Source of the DNA: Neoechinorhynchus agilis
Lineage: Eukaryota > Animalia > Acanthocephala
Reading direction: 5' to 3'
DNA: 64,000 nt
Assembly (NCBI GenBank): GCA_051530055.1
Contig: CM121341.1
Location: 8,224,784 to 8,288,783, forward strand
The position numbers were made by a program, and so were the translations under genes. The notes below the pieces were generated by a model that made no database searches, was not told the origin of the DNA, and saw nothing but the letters and a program-made list of their open reading frames with translations. This document shows positions 61,740-64,000 of the stretch, piece after piece; position 1 is the first letter of the stretch; every line of letters begins with the position of its first letter.

Positions 61740-63915
61740 TGTGGTAACTGGCATCAGTAGATCGAAAAATGTACCATCGCCGCACAAAAATGGTTTTATA
61801 TTCAACATAACACGGAAAACGTTAACATGAACCTCATGACGTCGTTAATGGTCACTGCATAGGCCCCCTCAAGAAGGTTCTTCCGTTTTTTGCTAGGTCT
61901 GCCTCTTTTAGGAGGTTGAGCGAGAATGACGGGTGATGTTGGATCGGTATACGCTTGTTTGAGGCGGTCTATCGATACGTTCTCTAGTTTTCCACCGAGA
62001 TCGATCATGAAAAACTTTTCGTTGCGATCAAGTACTTTGTAAGGTCCGGTGTCCGGCGCCTGTATAGGATTCCCATGCTGACCGCGTCTGGCAAAAACGA
62101 ACGATGCTCTGCTGAGTGCATTCGGTACAAACGTCGTCACTTTACCATGGTTTACAACGAGTATGGGCGCAAGAGATTTAACCTTATTACGTAGCCGTTG
62201 TAGATGAGTGTGAGAATCGACTCTGCTAAGTGAGGAATTAAGAAAATCGGCAGGTATGTTGATGGCACTTCCATATTCATGCTCTGCTGCCGAGGAATCG
62301 AGGTCGCCTTTGGGCGCGGTGCGAATTCCTAACAAAATCCAAGGTAATTCGTCGATCCAATTGTTTCCGCAGAGGCGAGCTTTCAAAGCCGATTTCAGAT
62401 GCCTGTGGAATCTTTTTACGATTCCATTGGATTGCGGATGATACGCGGTTGTGCGGTGGAGCTTCATTCCTAAATGTTCTGCGATTGTTCTCCACAGCTC
62501 TGATATGAATTGTGGCCCTCGATCGGAAGTGATGTCGTTAGGAATACCGAAACGAGCTATCCATTGGCTGATAAATGCTCTTGCACACGTGACGGAGTTG
62601 GTATTATTTAAAGGAATCGCCTTAGGCCATCGAGTATATCGGTATATCACGGTTAATAAATGGGTGAAACCTTGTGATGCCGGTAGCGGACCTACTAAAT
62701 CTATATGAATATGATCAAATCCACGTTGCGGAGGTTCGAAAGTAGAAAGCGGTGCTCGTATGCGTCTTTGAACCTTAGCCATTGGACATCCGATGCATGA
62801 CTGAACCATATCACCAATATCCTATGATAAACCAGGCCAAACGTATCTTGTTTTAACCAATTTACGGGTTGCGTTGATTCCAGGGTGGGACAGCTGGTGT
62901 ACAGCCTCGAAAACTCGTTTCGTCCAAGATGATGGTACCAACGGTCTATAACGGCCAGTCGAAATGTCACACAAAACAGTTTATCCTGTGCCATTGAAAG
63001 GAATTTCTTTCAACTGCAGCGAAGTATTCGCTAAACGATATGCCTGGATGTATTGATCAGACTTTTAAACTTCTGCCATCGCTTCAAACGATATTCCTTC
63101 GGAAATACTGGCTAAATAATCAACGCGGGACAATGCATCGGTAACTTGGTTATCTTGTCCACTAATGTGTTCGATATTGGTCTTGAACTCAGATATATAA
63201 TTCAAATGTCGTTCTTGACGGGCTGACCAAGGATCCAAAACATTTGACATCGCATAAACTAAAGGTCGATGATCAGTGTAAATCGTAAACGATCTACACT
63301 CAACGCAATATCGAAAATGTCGGACAGCGAGATACATGGCCAGAAGCTTGCGATCGAAGGTGCTGTACCGTTGTTCAGGTTTACGCAGTTGTTTGTTGAA
63401 GAATGTCAGCGGCTGCCATGAATGGGACACTTTCTGCTGTAGAACAGCGCCAATAGCGAACTCGGATGCATCTGTAATGATAGAGATTGGTGCGTCGGTC
63501 ACTGAATGTGAAAGCATCGTTACGTTTGCTAGAGCTGAAGCCATTTCAACTGTCCAAGAAAAACTTCGTAGATTCGTTTTACCAGATAGCGCTTGGTAGA
63601 GCGGACGCATCAGACGGGCTGCCGAATTGATGAAATTATGATAATAATTTACCATACCAACAAATCCTTGCAAAGCTTTGGTGGATGTTGGAGGAGGGAA
63701 ACTGCGAATCGCACTTACTTTATCTGGCAATTGTACTGCACCCCGTCCATTGACACGGTGTTCTAGGAAATCGATCTGTTCTACCCCGAACTCACACTTA
63801 TCTGGGTTCAGAACGAGGCCGTACTCTCTGAGTCGATCGAACAATGTTCGTAGGTGTTTTTCTATGCTCGGATCGATTTGAACTCGCGATCAGTATATCA
63901 TCTAAGTAGACGAAT
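61740..63915 (-). mobile_element. Ty3/Gypsy LTR retrotransposon remnant (RT, RNase H, integrase), 5'-truncated
   Basis: VYLDDILIAS (~63880-63910), LNPDKCEFG, DASEFAIGAVL, TDHRPL; integrase HIDLVGPLP..SDRGPQF..AYHPQSNG and GPYKVL. A polypurine tract gaggggg precedes a possible short 3' LTR (~61740-61858, low confidence). Confidence 0.9.
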
Positions 63916-64000
63916 TCGTAAAAAAACAAATATACAAATACATAAGAAGTTAAAGATAGCGCCGCATATAAGCATAATCAAAACAACTGGTGCGCATAAA

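Overview
Eukaryotic, almost certainly animal, genomic DNA from a compact, intron-poor genome with short introns (most GT-AG introns are about 40-60 nt). It carries recognisable housekeeping genes: lamin, eIF3g, Bud32/TP53RK, thymidylate synthase, ornithine aminotransferase, an RRM protein, RFX, UGGT, an MFF-like protein, a GLUT-type sugar transporter and a chromo-shadow exon. About a third of the window is ten unrelated tandem arrays with units of 55-435 bp. Several arrays are built from local sequence: a LINE endonuclease fragment, the eIF3g start codon region, and fold-back MITEs. Decayed retroelements are also present (two CRE-clade non-LTR copies, Penelope-like/Naiad fragments, one Ty3/Gypsy). 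The main result concerns five gene interruptions: three in UGGT, one in the GLUT gene and one in the MFF-like gene. They carry in-frame stops and are best resolved as segments bounded by a TA direct repeat rather than as GT-AG introns. Three of them have inverted repeats that pair their two ends. This points to a second, structure-defined class of intron, or to IES-like DNA excision, coexisting with normal introns, and TA-flanked MITEs nearby are candidate donors. Only the first UGGT site and the GLUT site have no plausible canonical reading. No transcript data were available, the junctions are inferred from frame restoration and recalled protein motifs, and the organism is unidentified.
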